A program made the position numbers and the translations under genes. Shown here piece after piece: positions 25,776-38,610 of a stretch of 64,000 nt of DNA. Under the pieces are notes generated by a model. That model was not told the DNA's origin. It saw only the letters and a program-made list of their open reading frames with translations, and searched no databases. Numbering within the stretch: the stretch's first letter is position 1; every line of letters starts with the position of its first letter. This DNA comes from Malacoraja senta. Lineage: Eukaryota. Where the stretch lies: positions 12,836,001-12,900,000 of the forward strand of contig CM075989.1 in assembly GCA_038087875.1 (NCBI GenBank), read 5' to 3'.

Positions 25776-28058
25776 CAACGCCAGAAATCCAGATTAAGAA
25801 CCTGGAGATGGTGGATGCAAAAGTTGTCATCTTCCCAAACTCCATAGATTCCATAAAATGCCACAGATTGGAAGGTATTAAATGTAACTTGTAACTTGGC
25901 TACTTTTGAAAGGAGGGAGAGCAAAAAATTGGGAACTTTAGATCAGACAGCATGACATCAGCATCAGAGGAAATATTGGGAGTATTATTAAGGTAGTGAG
26001 AATAGGGATGGGCAGACACAGCCTAGTTTGAAGAAAATATGACAGTTCTGTTGGAAATTTTTGAGGTTGTAAATAGCAAGGTCGATAATTAATTGCCATG
26101 GTACATGTGGATTCTTTAGAGGCCTTTGATGTGTGATTGCGATTTTATTAAACAAAATTAGAGCACTGGTTATTTGTAGTTTATTCTGGTGGATTGAGAA
26201 AACAGAATTTTGGATCTAATGTGATTGGTGATGGCCTCATTTTTTCTTAATCTATATCTTGAACTTGGAAAAGGGGATTGTGTGATATGCCAAGTTTTGG
26301 GTGAGGTTGGGGAAACTGCGTAGGAATAAACTGGCGAGTGGGTGAGGGAGACCGAGTGAGGAGCAGTGAAGCATCAGAAGGCAAAATCCTTCCAGATGTC
26401 ATTTCAAGCCTCTTTTTTTTGCTTGTTTGTCTGGTATGATATTTCCAGAGAATAACATACATTCTTCCTGTATTTACTGAAAAGATTACAATCCCCCTTG
26501 AGAAATTTGACAGACAAAAGCTTTGGAAATTTTATCTCCCAACAGCAGAAATCTACAGCGAAGCTGAACGAGAAAATCTGTTTTATCAATTAGGAAAACG
26601 GCATGTAATTTGTCAGCAACAATGACAGGTTTTGGGAAGTTCATGCAAACCCCTGAGAAACAAAATGTTCAAGCAAATCGAGCTTTTAAATACTCTTCCT
26701 GGTAGATTGTGAATGCTTCCTCAGTGAACTTTCAGTGAATTTATATTTTGGGATTGTGGGTTATTCGTCTGTGTGACAGAGTTGAAATGAATTTATTTCA
26801 CAGATGTCCTTTTACATGATACAAAACATTTATTTCTTAAAGCACTGGGACATTTATTAACTGAAGGTTTCATTCTGCTGAGTGGAGTCTTTTAGAGTTG
26901 CTTGTGAAAGATAATTTGCTTTTCTGGACTGGAAGTTCTGAATGTAAAAATGACATTGTAAATGGCATGTGAGCAACCACTCAGCAACTAAAAACTTCAC
27001 AAAAAGAGGCAAGGAAAACAAATGTCACTTTTAGAATTTAGATTGTTGAGGGGAATATTTTCGCTGGTTCTATATTATCAGTTCTTTCTATCATCTATGG
27101 TCCATAAAAAGAAAGACAGCAACAGAAAAACTTGACATGATAAAAATGTGTTGGTTTTCAGTCTAAACAATGAAGACACAAGAGACTGCAGCAGCTGTAA
27201 TCCTGAGCAAAAAGCAAAGTGCTGGAGGAACTCAATGGGTCAGGCCACATGTTTGGAGGGAAATGGACAGTTGATGTTTGAGGTCAGGACATTTCTTCAG
27301 TCTGATGCTGCTTGACCTGCTGAGTTCCTCCAGCACTTTGGCAATTTGGCAGTGTTGGAGAATTAAGAACTTCGGATGGAGGCGACGGCTGCAGCCTTTA
27401 TGGCTCGCTGCAGCATGGAGTTTGAAAATGGCTCCAAACCTGGCGACTGTTGTATATGGTCTCAGTAGGCTATTTTTATACACTTTGTATTTGATCTGGG
27501 ATTTTATTTATCAAGAATAATAATTTACTGAACTATATGCAAAAAAAAAAGATTTCACTATTACCTTGGTACATGTGATAATAAAGAACCATTGAGCTAT
27601 TAGAAGGCTTGGTTTGAGGTGAGAGGAGAAAGATTAAATAGGAACCCAAGGGGTGACTTCATTCAATGGGGATGACATGTATATGGAGCAGGCTGCCACT
27701 GTGGAAGTAGTTGAGGTAGGTGCAAGAATGTATTGAAAGACATTTGGACAGGCACATAGACAGGAAAGGTATCGAAAGGTGTGGGTCAAATGCAGGTAAA
27801 TGGGGCTAGCTTAGATGGGGCACCTTGATGGCATGGATGAGTTGGGCTGAAGGTTCTCTCCATAAAAAATAAAAATAAGTAACAATTCAATTTTCCTAAA
27901 GCTTCTAAATCTCCTTCATTTTGTAATTACTGAATGGGTGGGGGACGGAGGATGAAGGCAGGTGGAGAGATGGTGGGGAAAATGGGAGCACACCGCAGGA
28001 CAAGTTGAATCAGTTGTCATTCTTATTGAATGGCAATACTAATTCAAGGGACCAATTG

Positions 28059-28738
28059 GAGGGAGAGTTCCTTTCACAGCGTGTGGAGAGTCTGTGCCAG
28101 GGGTTAAAGATGCGGGGACGGCAGGAGTGTTGAGAAGGAGGGGGTCGGAGATCATGTCAGACTCACTCACCGTTGCCGCAGCGCTCCGGGCACGGACAGC
28201 AGAACTGGCCGCCACTTCCGGGGAAGGAAGCAGCTCAGGTGACTGCGAGCGGCCGTCGGGACCCGACAGCAGAACCGGCTGCCACTTCAGCGCCTTCTGC
28301 CGGCCAGCTCACATCTGGCAGTGCTCTCCGTCTGAACACCTCTCACCTGCCGCTCGCCGGCTTCGCTCATGTCAGCAGCTTCCCGCAAATCCTTAAATTC
28401 CCACAGCCGAGTAACCTCAATTGGTCCCTTGAGCGCGCTGTCAGAATTTAAGGATTTGCGGGAAGCGGCTGACATGAGTGAGGCCGGCGAGCGGCAGGAG
28501 AGAGACGGATGGCACTGGCTGGGGTGAGCGGGGGCCGGCAGAAGGGGCTGTCCGGTCCCGGCGGCCACTCGCAGCCACCCGAGCTAATTCACTCCCCGGC
28601 CACAATGCGAAGGCTCCGTGCCCAGAGCGTCGCAAGTGGGTTACTGGCCCCGATCCCCTCCTTCACAACGCTCCTGCCCTCCCCGCAACTTTACCCCGGG
28701 CCAGACTCCTCAAACACTGTGAAAGGAGCTCTCCCCCC
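28059..28738. repeat. About 680-bp imperfect GC-rich palindrome (MITE-like)
   Basis: Arms pair across a centre near 28420, e.g. 28348-28400 vs 28445-28497, and ggagagttcctttcacag vs ctgtgaaaggagctctcc at the ends. Confidence 0.8.
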
Positions 28739-29789
28739 ATCCCGGGAAATACAGTATTTAAAAACATAAAGCACCAAGAAATGTACTTACCATGTTATCG
28801 GTACATGAACTCCATTCTTCACTCTTTGTTTCCTAAGATACACTTAAAATAATGACAATCCATATTTGGAAAACCCGCCAAGAAACTCGCGCTGCGCATG
28901 CACAATAGGCTGCTGCGCATGCGCAGTACTGCAAAGGCAGAATTTCAGCTGCCTTCAGCCCCGCTTGTCATTGACGGCTTGAAGCAGCGCTGACGGCACG
29001 TGGGCTGCACAGACCTTCGCGTGTTACAAGTGCTGCGGTTGAAAGGCACGGAGAATTATGCCTACCTAAGAGATCGATCTCTTAGATAGGCATAATTCTC
29101 CCATGCCTTTACTATTTATATTTAATAATTGCCATTTCATAATTTTAGTCAGGGTAGGCAGTGCCACAGACTCGTCACCTTCTCTGCCCCCCAATTATAC
29201 TGGGCTTCCACATGCTCTCAGACCATCACCGTGGTTCCTGGCATCACCCAGTTGGGCCCAATGACTTTCTGCCTTTGACCATGATCTCCTCTCGTTGGAG
29301 AAAACTCAACCCTGGTCTATCCAAACTCTCCACCATCCCTGGTCCCAGTCTGGAGAATATTCGTTACTACTCCTCTACAGTAATTATATAATTAAACATG
29401 GGGAACAAAACCTCGTACACAGTACCCACTCTTATCAGAGCCCATATGATTACAGTATCTTTACTCCTGAACTCAAATCCTCTCATAGTAAAAAGCCAAC
29501 ATCTTCTTAATCACTTACTGCCCCTGCGTGTCACCGTTTGTGTACAAGGACATTCAAGTCCCTTAGATCATCCAACACTACCCAATCTCTCACCCACCAC
29601 TTAAAATTATTCAGCTTGCAGATTCCAACATGCATTCCAGTGTTGTACTCTGAGCTTTGACCAAGGTGGCACAGATCCTCCTCTGGCCGTTGAATTCTAC
29701 AGTTCATTGAGAAAGCAAAGCATGATATGAGACTGAATTATACTGCTATAAGGAAGGAATGTTAAGTGTTGCTATTCAGGTTTTGTGGT

Positions 29790-30175
29790 TAGAAACATAG
29801 AAAATAGGTGCAGGAGGAGGCCATTTGGCCCTTGGAGCCTGCATCGCCATTCATTGTGATCATGGCTGATCATCCACAATCAGTAACCCGTGCCTGCCTT
29901 CTCCCCATATCCCTTGATTCCTCTAACCGCTAGAGCTCTATTTAACTCTCTTTTAAATTCATCCAGTGAATTGGCCTCTACTGCCTACTGTGGCAGAGAA
30001 ATCCACAAATTCACAACTCTCTGGGTGAAAATTGTTTTCTCGTCCTAGTTTTAATCGGCCTCCCCTTTTTCTTAGACTGTGACCCCTGTTTCTGGACTCC
30101 CCCAACATTGGGGACATTTTTCCTGCATCTAGCGTGTCCAGTCTTTTTTTAAATAATTTTATACGTTTCTATAAG
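29790..30175 (-). mobile_element. CR1 3' fragment (further copies at about 34490-35000, 35000-35600, 52240-52700, 56740-57800, 60200-60740)
   Basis: agaaacatagaaaataggtgcaggaggaggccatt... matches the 3' end of the CR1 at 5934. Confidence 0.85.
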
Positions 30176-30343
30176 ATCTGTCTGAAGGTGGTTTCCTAGG
30201 ACACTTTCACTGCAGTTGAGATCAGTGTCCGACTGCTCTGTGAAAGAAATTGGAGCCAGGAATGGAGTAGGTGAACAATTGTACAGTTCCCTTCCATCAA
30301 TCTTTGCCAAGGAAAGGGATGCAATAACACCTCCTTCTTTCAG

Positions 30344-30613
30344 GGCATTGGCAGTGGACGCCCTGGTTTAATATCGACCACCCTGGGGGGAGTGGTGACC
30401 ACGAGCGACTTGACGCCATCCAGCGATACTACCCGGACAAACTCTGCCAAACGCCACTCGGAGTTGAAGCTCGCACCGTGCATGGTGTCCCCGCCGCGCT
30501 GACGGGAGAGGCAGTGCACCTCAGTCACCAGCATGGGTTCTGGTGCGTCAATGAAGAGCAACCCTCGGGGAAACACTGCTCCGACTATGCCGTGAGGTTC
30601 CGATGTCCCACAG
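30344..30613 (+). CDS. CILP: CILP exon, WxxW (mucin-2-like) domain
   Basis: cag|GG...G|gtaagt, 270 nt, phase 1-1: HWQWTPWFNIDHPGGSGDHERLDAI...GFWCVNEEQPSGKHCSDYAVRFRCP. Confidence 0.96.
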
Positions 30614-31707
30614 GTAAGTGCCGCCTTTGGGTGAGACAGAAACCGACTCGGCATTCTCCCAGTCTGCAGTTGTTCTTGTACTTTATCTCAGTGGGAGGAA
30701 GTAGAGCTGGAAAGTTTGGCAGATGCAATTTAACGCTGACAATTGTGACAACGCGTTTTCTGGGGTCTAATTTTGGGAGGACATTCAGGATAAAGCTGTG
30801 ACTGAGACGTGGAAAGGAAAATCTGTGAGGCTGATTCCGATGTAAAATAAAGCAGGAGTTGTCACTAAGATCGGATGGGGGGGAAAATACTGAAAATCTG
30901 AAGTGCTGGTAGCATCTGCAGAGGAGAAAAAAGACACAAAGTGCTGGTAGGCACTTTGTAGAAGTCTATGAAGAAGGATTTCGACACGAAACGTTGCATA
31001 TTTCCTTCGCTCCTTAGATGCTGCCTCACCCGCTGAGTTTCTCCAGCATTTATGTCTACCTTCGATTTTCCAGCATCTGCAGATCCTTCTTAAACAATCA
31101 GTGCTAGACTAACTCAACGGGTCAGGCAGAATCCCTGGAGAACATGAATAGGTGATGTTTCGGGTAGGGACCCTTCTTCAGTCTGATGTTCCAACGGAAT
31201 TGAGTGTCTTTGAACACAAATGGTGACATACAGGGGCAATAAGTGGTTAAGAAGGCAGACAACATGTTGGCCTTTATTTGGAGAGGATTTGAGTACAGAA
31301 GTAAACCAGCATCTGCAGTTCCATATTTCTCCTTCTCTCTGCAGAGGAGAGCTAGGTTAATGGGCAGGTTGTTATTAGAGGAAGCATATGCTGATTTTTG
31401 TGTGGGGTGGGTGAGGGACACTGGAGAGAGGCAAGTTTTGAAGGAGAGGTGTGTGGGACTCCCCCACATGATGTGTGCCTTTGGCCACAGTGGGTGCTCT
31501 TTTGGTGCCAACTTATTCCCTGCCCAGCAGTCAGTCGATCAACAGCAAGCAGAGTGAAGCTGGAGCAGGCAAGTGGGATAATGGTCAGATAACACTGTGA
31601 GGAGGGACCAAACCTTGTTTAATTCACAGGGAGGAGCTGATCACTCAGACAGCTCAGAGTCAGAGTCAGCCAGGGAAAGCAGGGACCGTTCCTGTCCACT
31701 GATCCCC

Positions 31708-31863
31708 AAGGTAGACAAAAGCGCTGGAGAAACTCAGCGGGTGCAGCAGCATCTATGGAGCGAAGGAAATAGGCAACGTTTCAGGCCCGAAACGTTGCCT
31801 ATTTCCTTCGCTCCATAGATGCTGCTGCACCCGCTGAGTTTCTCCAGCACTTTTGTCCACCTT
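31708..31863. repeat. Near-perfect hairpin (about 72-bp stem) from a Penelope-derived palindromic repeat family; many partial copies in the window
   Basis: gtagacaaaagcgctggagaaactcagcgg...gcaacgtttc-aggccc-gaaacgttgc...ccgctgagtttctccagcacttttgtccac. Confidence 0.85.
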
Positions 31864-32629
31864 CAATTTTCCAGCATCTGCAGTTCCTTCTTAAACACGG
31901 ATCCACAAGCACTGCTGGGTTATCATTACTAGATTTGAGGAGCTTCCAGCATTAACATAGATGCAATATATTCTGTTCATGTGCTTTTTCTTTTTTTCTT
32001 TTAAGTTGTCATTAACTCAGAAGATGGGAAACAATCTTATCACTTGTCCATTGGTCTACTTATCTTCCTGCTATGTTCTGCTTTGGGTTTTTTCTCAGTC
32101 CACCAGAGCACTCAAAGATTTCCATCAGAGTCCTTCAACTCTCTCCCACCAACCCATCCCCACTGCCCCTCCCCCACCGATCCATCCCCAGACTCCCATC
32201 CCCCACCGCCCCTCTCCCACCCTCTGTAAGAGTCAGGAAGTCTTGATGCAGCTTTATAAAACTTTGGTTAAGCTGCATTTTAGTTGAGTTTATTGTTGTT
32301 GTCACGTGTTATGAGGAACAGTGAAAAGCTTTTGTTTGCATGCTATCTGTCAAAGAAAAGACTCTACATGTTTACAATCAAGCTGTCCACCGTGTACAGA
32401 TAGAGGACAAATGAATTTGAAATATTGTGTGCAGTTAGCCCCCATTACAGGAGGAATGTGGAGGCTTTGGAGAGGGTGCAGGTTCACCAGAATGCTGCTT
32501 GGATTAGAGGGAATTGAATATGAGGAGAGATTGGACAAACTTTGAATGTTTTCTCTGGAGCATTGAAGGTTTAGCGGTGAACTGGTAGAAGTTTATAAAA
32601 TGAGAGGCATAAATAAGTATGAAAGATAC

Positions 32630-33060
32630 ATCTTCTAGATTACCTGGGGTCATCGGGTGTTTCGGGTCTCACAGCATCAGACACCCTCGCCCAGGCAACC
32701 CAGCCGGGGTTGATCAAGCCCCAACTTGCGTCCCAGCAGCAACCGCCCACGGATCAGCCCTCTTAATCCAAACCCACTAGCAGCTTTCTCTGCGGCTTCG
32801 CTTGTGGATTAAATGGCCCTCTTCTTTGCCAGCCCCGTAATGCCCAACTGGTTGCAAACTGCAGCCATTCATTCCGGGTGCTGGCTGAGGGCCATTTAAT
32901 CCGTTGCTGTGGAACTACTCCGCAGGGGTTGGGAGACTCTAGTGCGTGGAGGGACTGGGCTCTGTGGGGTGAGTCCTGGCCGGGCTCCTCCTGCGTCTCA
33001 CCAGGTTCAAGGCCTGCACCTCTTTCTCCATCTTCGAGCATTTCATTCTTGCCTGATGGA
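32630..33060 (-). mobile_element. Internally deleted HERO-like (restriction-like endonuclease clade) non-LTR retroelement
   Basis: N-terminal-type peptide GETQEEPGQDSPHRAQSLH...RIKWPSASTRNEWLQF joined to a degenerate C-terminus AAEKAAS-W-IKRADPW. The 3' UTR is GGGCTTGATCAACCCCGGCTGGG...GACCCGAAACACCCGATGACCCCAGG. Family assignment is from recall. Confidence 0.6.
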
Positions 33061-33751
33061 TTTTTAGGCCATGGAGATTTAATTTGTTTTAGTTTAAACT
33101 TTCAAGATTGGCGGGCATAGCTTTAAGCTCAGGGGGGGAATTTAAAGGTTGTCCGGCACAATTTCTTTACTCAGAAGGGTGGCGGAAACGTGTGGCCAGG
33201 TGAGGTGGTGGAAACAGATACTACAGTGTCAGTCAATAGTCTCTAATTTAAAGCACTGATTCCACCAGTGACCCGGTTTCAAATATTATTGAACCAAGGC
33301 TGGAATGAGAATTCACCATCTTTACACCAGGACTTTCAGATGGCCAAAGAAGGGGTGAGGGTGGTGTGTGTCAGAATGATGGTTAAAGAAATGATTACTC
33401 CTCTCAGGAGGGATGATATACTAGAAAGATGAGGCTATTTGGGTTGTACTGCGATCAAAAAGCTGTGAGAATGGTGATAATGTACAATTCCCCGAGAGCA
33501 CAGGCAGCAAACACGGAGGCAGATTTCTAAGCTGCACCGTAACTGGCCGGCCAGTGGTCACTGGGTATTTGTAGTTATCCCAACTTTAACTCACGCAGAA
33601 ATAGTGTAACAGGCGTAGAGGCGCAGAATTCAAAATCAGAATTTTCCTCAAGGTGAAGAAAATAAATAAGTGATAAATGATAAACGCAGTGAAATATTAC
33701 TTTATATTTTGGACAATTTAACACAAAACAAACCAGAGTTTCTTTCTTCAG

Positions 33752-33943
33752 GAACCGCTTCTAGGGTGGCTTTGAGCTCCTGGTCCACGTGGTCAGAGTG
33801 GGCATCCTGCAGTGCGGGCTGTGAGCAGACTGGAGTGCAGACACGGAGCCGCGGCTGCTCCACAGCACAGCTGCCGGACTGGCGGCAGCACTGCCCCGGC
33901 CCCCTGCAGGAGGGGCGGATGTGCCAAGGCCAACCATGCACAG
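33752..33943 (+). CDS. CILP: CILP exon, thrombospondin type-1 repeat
   Basis: ttcttcag|GA...ACAG|gtacgt, 192 nt, phase 1-1: WSTWSEWASCSAGCEQTGVQTRSRGC...CQGQPCT. Confidence 0.96.
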
Positions 33944-34389
33944 GTACGTGCAAACACATTGCTCATGTTCCAGGCTTGACTGCCGGAGTGACAATAATGA
34001 GCAAGTTACCTCAAAGCTCATGTGAAAACAAAGGTTGGTGCAGCAATCCTAACTTCAGCTGATCGCTCGATTCTAACGATCCCTTCCTTCATGAAGAGTG
34101 GAATCAGAGATGAATCTTCTCCCACGCATCACTCCCCCCTCATGTAGCTATACCACTGTCATGTGTGACACGCAACAATATTTACTGCATTAAGAAGGAA
34201 GGAATGCTATTTTAATTCTGGTCAGTGGGCAGGCTTCCATGCAACAACGAGTCAAGGTGTCATCTCCTCACCATGACCTCTAGTCCAGACGTTCGATGCT
34301 TTAAAGATACTGCAGGATTTTCTGCAGTGCATTTCCAAAATGCAGGATCAACTAAAGAGTGTGACAGCAAACAAACTACACCATAGGCA

Positions 34390-34485
34390 ATACAGCACTG
34401 CCCTTCCCACAGTACAACACTGCCCCTCCCACAGTACAACACTGCCCCTCCCATGGTGCGGTGTTCCCTCAGCACTGCCCCTCCT
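34390..34485. repeat. 22-bp minisatellite (cagtacaacactgcccctccca)
   Basis: About 3-4 degenerate tandem copies read directly. Confidence 0.7.
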
Positions 34486-35979
34486 ATGGGTCATAAGGTC
34501 ATAAGGGATAGGAGTAGAATTAGGCCATCCGGGCCATCGTCCACTCCGCCATTCAATCATGGCTGATCTAACTCCCTCCTAACCCCATTCTCCTGCCTTC
34601 TCCCCATAACCTCTGACACCCGTAGTAATCAAGAATCTATCTATCTCTGCCTTAAAAATATCCACTGACATGGCCTCCACAGGCTTCTGTGGAGGCCAAG
34701 AATTTCACAGATTCACCACCCTCTGACTAAAGAAATTTCCCCTTATCTCCTTTCTAAAAGAACGTCCTTTAATTCTGAGGCTATAACCTCTTGTCCTGGA
34801 CTCTCCCACTAGTGGAAACACATCCACTCTATCCAAGCCTTTCACTATTCTGTATGTTTCATTGAGGTCCCCCCTCATTCTTCTAAACTCCAGCAAGTAC
34901 CGGCCCAGTGCTGACAAACGCTCATCATAGGTTAACTTCCTCATTCCTGGAATCATTCTCCTCTGGACCCTCTCCAGAGCCAGCACATTCTTCTTCAGAT
35001 ATGTTGCTCAAAATTGCTCACAATTTATTCATGAATGTGTGGAGCTGCAGGAGATGGGCAAGATCCTCAAGGAGTATTTACCGTGGAGAAAAGTATGAAA
35101 GCTAGAAAAGTTGTAACAGTTGATGAAGATGTCTTGAGGACAGTCCATATTATGGTCAAGGAGATGCTGGATGTCGTAAGGTATATAAAGGTCGATAAAT
35201 CTCCTGTGTATGATCAGATATCTCTGAGGATGCTGTGGGAAGCTAGAGGGAGCCCTAGCTGAGATATATGAATCATCGTTAGACATGGGTGCGGTCCTGG
35301 ATGAACGGAAGGTGGCTAATATTGCGTCTCTAGTTAAGAAAATCTACAAGGAAAAGCCTGGAAACTATAGACCAGTAAGCCTTACGTCTGTGGCAGGTAA
35401 ATTATTGGACAAGATGCTGAGAGATAAGATATATATGTATTTGGATGGACAAGACTGATTAAGGATAGTCAGTCATGTTTTATATTTGGGAGATGGTGCC
35501 TTATAAATTTGGTTGTGTTTTTTTTGTAAAAGGTTGACATACAAGGCCATATACATTGTCTATGTGGACATCAGCAAGGCCTTTGATAAGGTTCTCCTTG
35601 ACAGGCTGCTCTGGAAGGAGGCCCAGATTCGATCCTGACCTCGGGTGCTGTCTGTGTGGGGTTTGCACATTCTCCCTGTGATTGCAGGAATTTCCTCCAG
35701 GTGCTCCAGTTTCTTCCCACATCCCAAAGATGTGCAGGTTTGTAGACTAATTGGCCATTGTAACATTGACCCTAATGTGTAGACAGTGAGTGAGAAAGTG
35801 GGATAACATAGAACTGAACAGGTGAGCAATGGTCAGCGTGGCCTCTGTGGATGAAGGGCCTATTTCCCTGCTATATCTCTGAACTAAAACTAAATTAAAC
35901 ATTAGTCACTGACTGCCCATCATTATTGATCATTCCATTTATGAGTAATGGTGGTTTTGTTTTTATGCTCTACTCACAG

Positions 35980-36048
35980 TGACTCCCTCAACAGACGTGA
36001 GACGGCATCGTCTTCCAGCGAAGAGCGGTGGGCAACAGCAGACTGCCG
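35980..36048 (+). CDS. CILP: Candidate additional symmetrical CILP exon (69 nt)
   Basis: gttttgtttttatgctctactcacag|TG...GCC G|gtaata, phase 1-1, open: (V)TPSTDVRRHRLPAKSGGQQQTA. CpG retained relative to flanks. Confidence 0.5.
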
Positions 36049-37524
36049 GTAATATCTGATCTGATCTGCTCTTCATTGTAAAGTGGATGTAAAATAAGTC
36101 CCATCCCTTGACATCATCTTCAAAGGAAATACCTTTATCATCTGTGAACAATTCAAAATTATTGGCAGGGATACCTCAATGGTTCTTTATTGTCACATGT
36201 GCCTAGGTTCAATGACGTCTGACGTTGCACACTTCCTATGGAAGGTCGTTGATCTGAAACTAGGTTGGGGTTAATTTTTTCAAGGGACAACTTATTAGTT
36301 TAGTTTTAGTTTTTTTTAAACTTTAAAAAAAACTATTCTGATCAAATGCTAAGTTACCAAGTGTGAAAAATATTCTTGTTAAGATTTAGTGTCAACTGAT
36401 AGCATAATTACAAATTGCTCTTCCTCCACCTCCTTCGTGGATGCCCTTGAACTGTGGAGTTACCCAGAAGCACTCTAGTATAGTAACCCTCTCCTCATTC
36501 CTTGCACAACTTCCAGTCCTGCATCCTGTGTTTATCCCGGAGGGATATTCCTGAGCAGTAACAATAGTCTCCATTTCCCTTTGGCAACATCCAGAGTTCA
36601 ACCAGAGGTTGAAAATCTCTTTGGTCTTCATTGCAATGTTTCCCTCTCACCCTCGATACAGACCGAACATTATCTTCCTAATTCCCTATGATTGTAAAAT
36701 AAGAACAGAAAATACTGGGTCACTTGGCAAATTAAACAGATTCTGTGGAACAAGAAACCAAGTTCAAGTTTCAGATTTCATTAGATGTAGGGAAATGTCA
36801 GAGGTACGCAGGTTTTAAGATGCAGAGTAAGTGGAAGGGAAGAAATAGAAAAGATCCATGAAATGCAGGAAGAATACATAGCATGATAATGTGTGGAGTG
36901 AATACTGGAAATCCAAAATAAAAATCCTGGAATACGATTGTACAGGATTATTAAACTTGATGATGTGTCTGAAAGACTATAATCAGTGAATATTGTGTTA
37001 CTTAATTAGAGGAGCAGTGAGAGTAGAAGGGCGGAGAATACGAGCGACGGGCGAGTAGGAGCTGAGGATCGCAGTAATGGGTGGACAATCGCCCAATCTC
37101 CTGTCATCTGCATGCAGAGGAAACCCTGCTGTCAACAGTGCAGTAAATTTAACTGAATGAAGTAGATCACTGCTTCATGGGAATGAACGTTTGGGTTCCT
37201 GGACAGTGGGAAGAAAGGAGCGGTATTGGCTGGTGTTGAGGGTGCACAGCAAGTTGCTGAGAGATGGGGAGTGGAGGTTGCTGGAGATGAAAGAGTGAAA
37301 CTGAATTATGCAACAAGAACACTCTCGTGGGGATGCTGAAAGGGGAAGGATTGGGAATTGTACCTGGCGGTGTATGGGAATTATGCAGGATGATCCCTTG
37401 CATGAAAGTTGAGAACAAAAAGATTTCCACTCAGCCTGGGAGCAGAAAGAATAGATCTGGATTACATAAGGAAATGCTTTGGTCCTTGAATTAACTCTGA
37501 CTGAGCTTGAATGGTGTGTTGCAG

Positions 37525-37839
37525 GTTGTGAGCTAAGGTGTGCCATGGGCCGTGTGAATGCAGCGTGCACCCAGTGCATGTGTGAGGACCATTCCCTCTA
37601 TGGCTCAGTGCGACTCCAGGATGGGGCTCCTGCCTCCGAGGCAACTGTTCACCTGAGGGGAAGCTCCAACAAAGCCTTGACCATCTGTGACAATAACGGC
37701 AAGTTCAGGATACCTGGCCTCTGTCCTGATGGAAAAACTGCCTTGGAGATCAGAAAGCCTTATTATGGAATTGCTGTTGTCACACTGCGCCAAAGCACCA
37801 GCAAAGTCTCCACCATCGACATAAAGCTCAAGAGATCTG
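37525..37839 (+). CDS. CILP: CILP exon (Cys-rich / carboxypeptidase-regulatory-like region)
   Basis: gcag|GT...TCT G|gtgagg, 315 nt: CELRCAMGRVNAACTQCMCEDH...GKFRIPGLCPDG. Confidence 0.96.
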
Positions 37840-38501
37840 GTGAGGAAATACACTACACCTCCGCATGAACACAGCATCTAACAGGTGGCACATAATCACA
37901 CAACACACATGTCATTGTTACACAGTCCACTATTTCACATGTTACTGTTGTGTTACACGCCTTTCACTAACGCACAAATATTACAAATACAAAGACACAA
38001 GAGACAGGAATCTGGACTGGCAAACACAGTGGCAGTCCAGAGGTACTCAGCGGATCGAGCAGCACCTGTGGGGAGAAAGGGATGGCCAACATTTTGGGTC
38101 TTTACTAATACAGTTGCCCCTATTATATGGCACGTATGATCATACAACCTTCACAATTATACAGTCCTCACTATAGCACCTCATGCACAGCACTCATGCT
38201 TCATTTTAACATAACTATTATTAGTTACTATGCATTTCCCCATTCCACACCCTTCAATATGAGACCACCTTTGTACATACTTTTATATCACTTGTGTGAT
38301 AAATAAATCATCAAAACACACAGACCACCTGAGACACCTGATAGTTGCAATGATACAACTCATCACAGCTCCGCAACCAGTAACCAACCAATATAAACAA
38401 AAAAACAGCTGTAACATTGCAATACAACCAATGGCATAATTTAAAAAAAGCACTCAGTGCCCTGGACTCACTGTTTTTGTTAAATCCTCTCCTTTCTGCA
38501 G

Positions 38502-38610
38502 AGAAGCCTTTCATCAAGAAACAACCTCAGAGCAAGGTCAGGCGCGAGGGGCAAGATGTCACCTTCTGCTGCCAGGTTGTGTGCAATCCTCCCGCTAACA
38601 AGTACCTTTG
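38502..38610 (+). CDS. CILP: CILP exon, Ig-like domain N-half
   Basis: ctgcag|AG...TG|gtaaga, 109 nt: EKPFIKKQPQSKVRREGQDVTFCCQV...KYLW. Confidence 0.95.

Noticed and set aside
25038..25924. Overlapping 100-200 aa ORFs on both strands
   Set aside because: GC-rich repeat lacking stops; no protein motifs.
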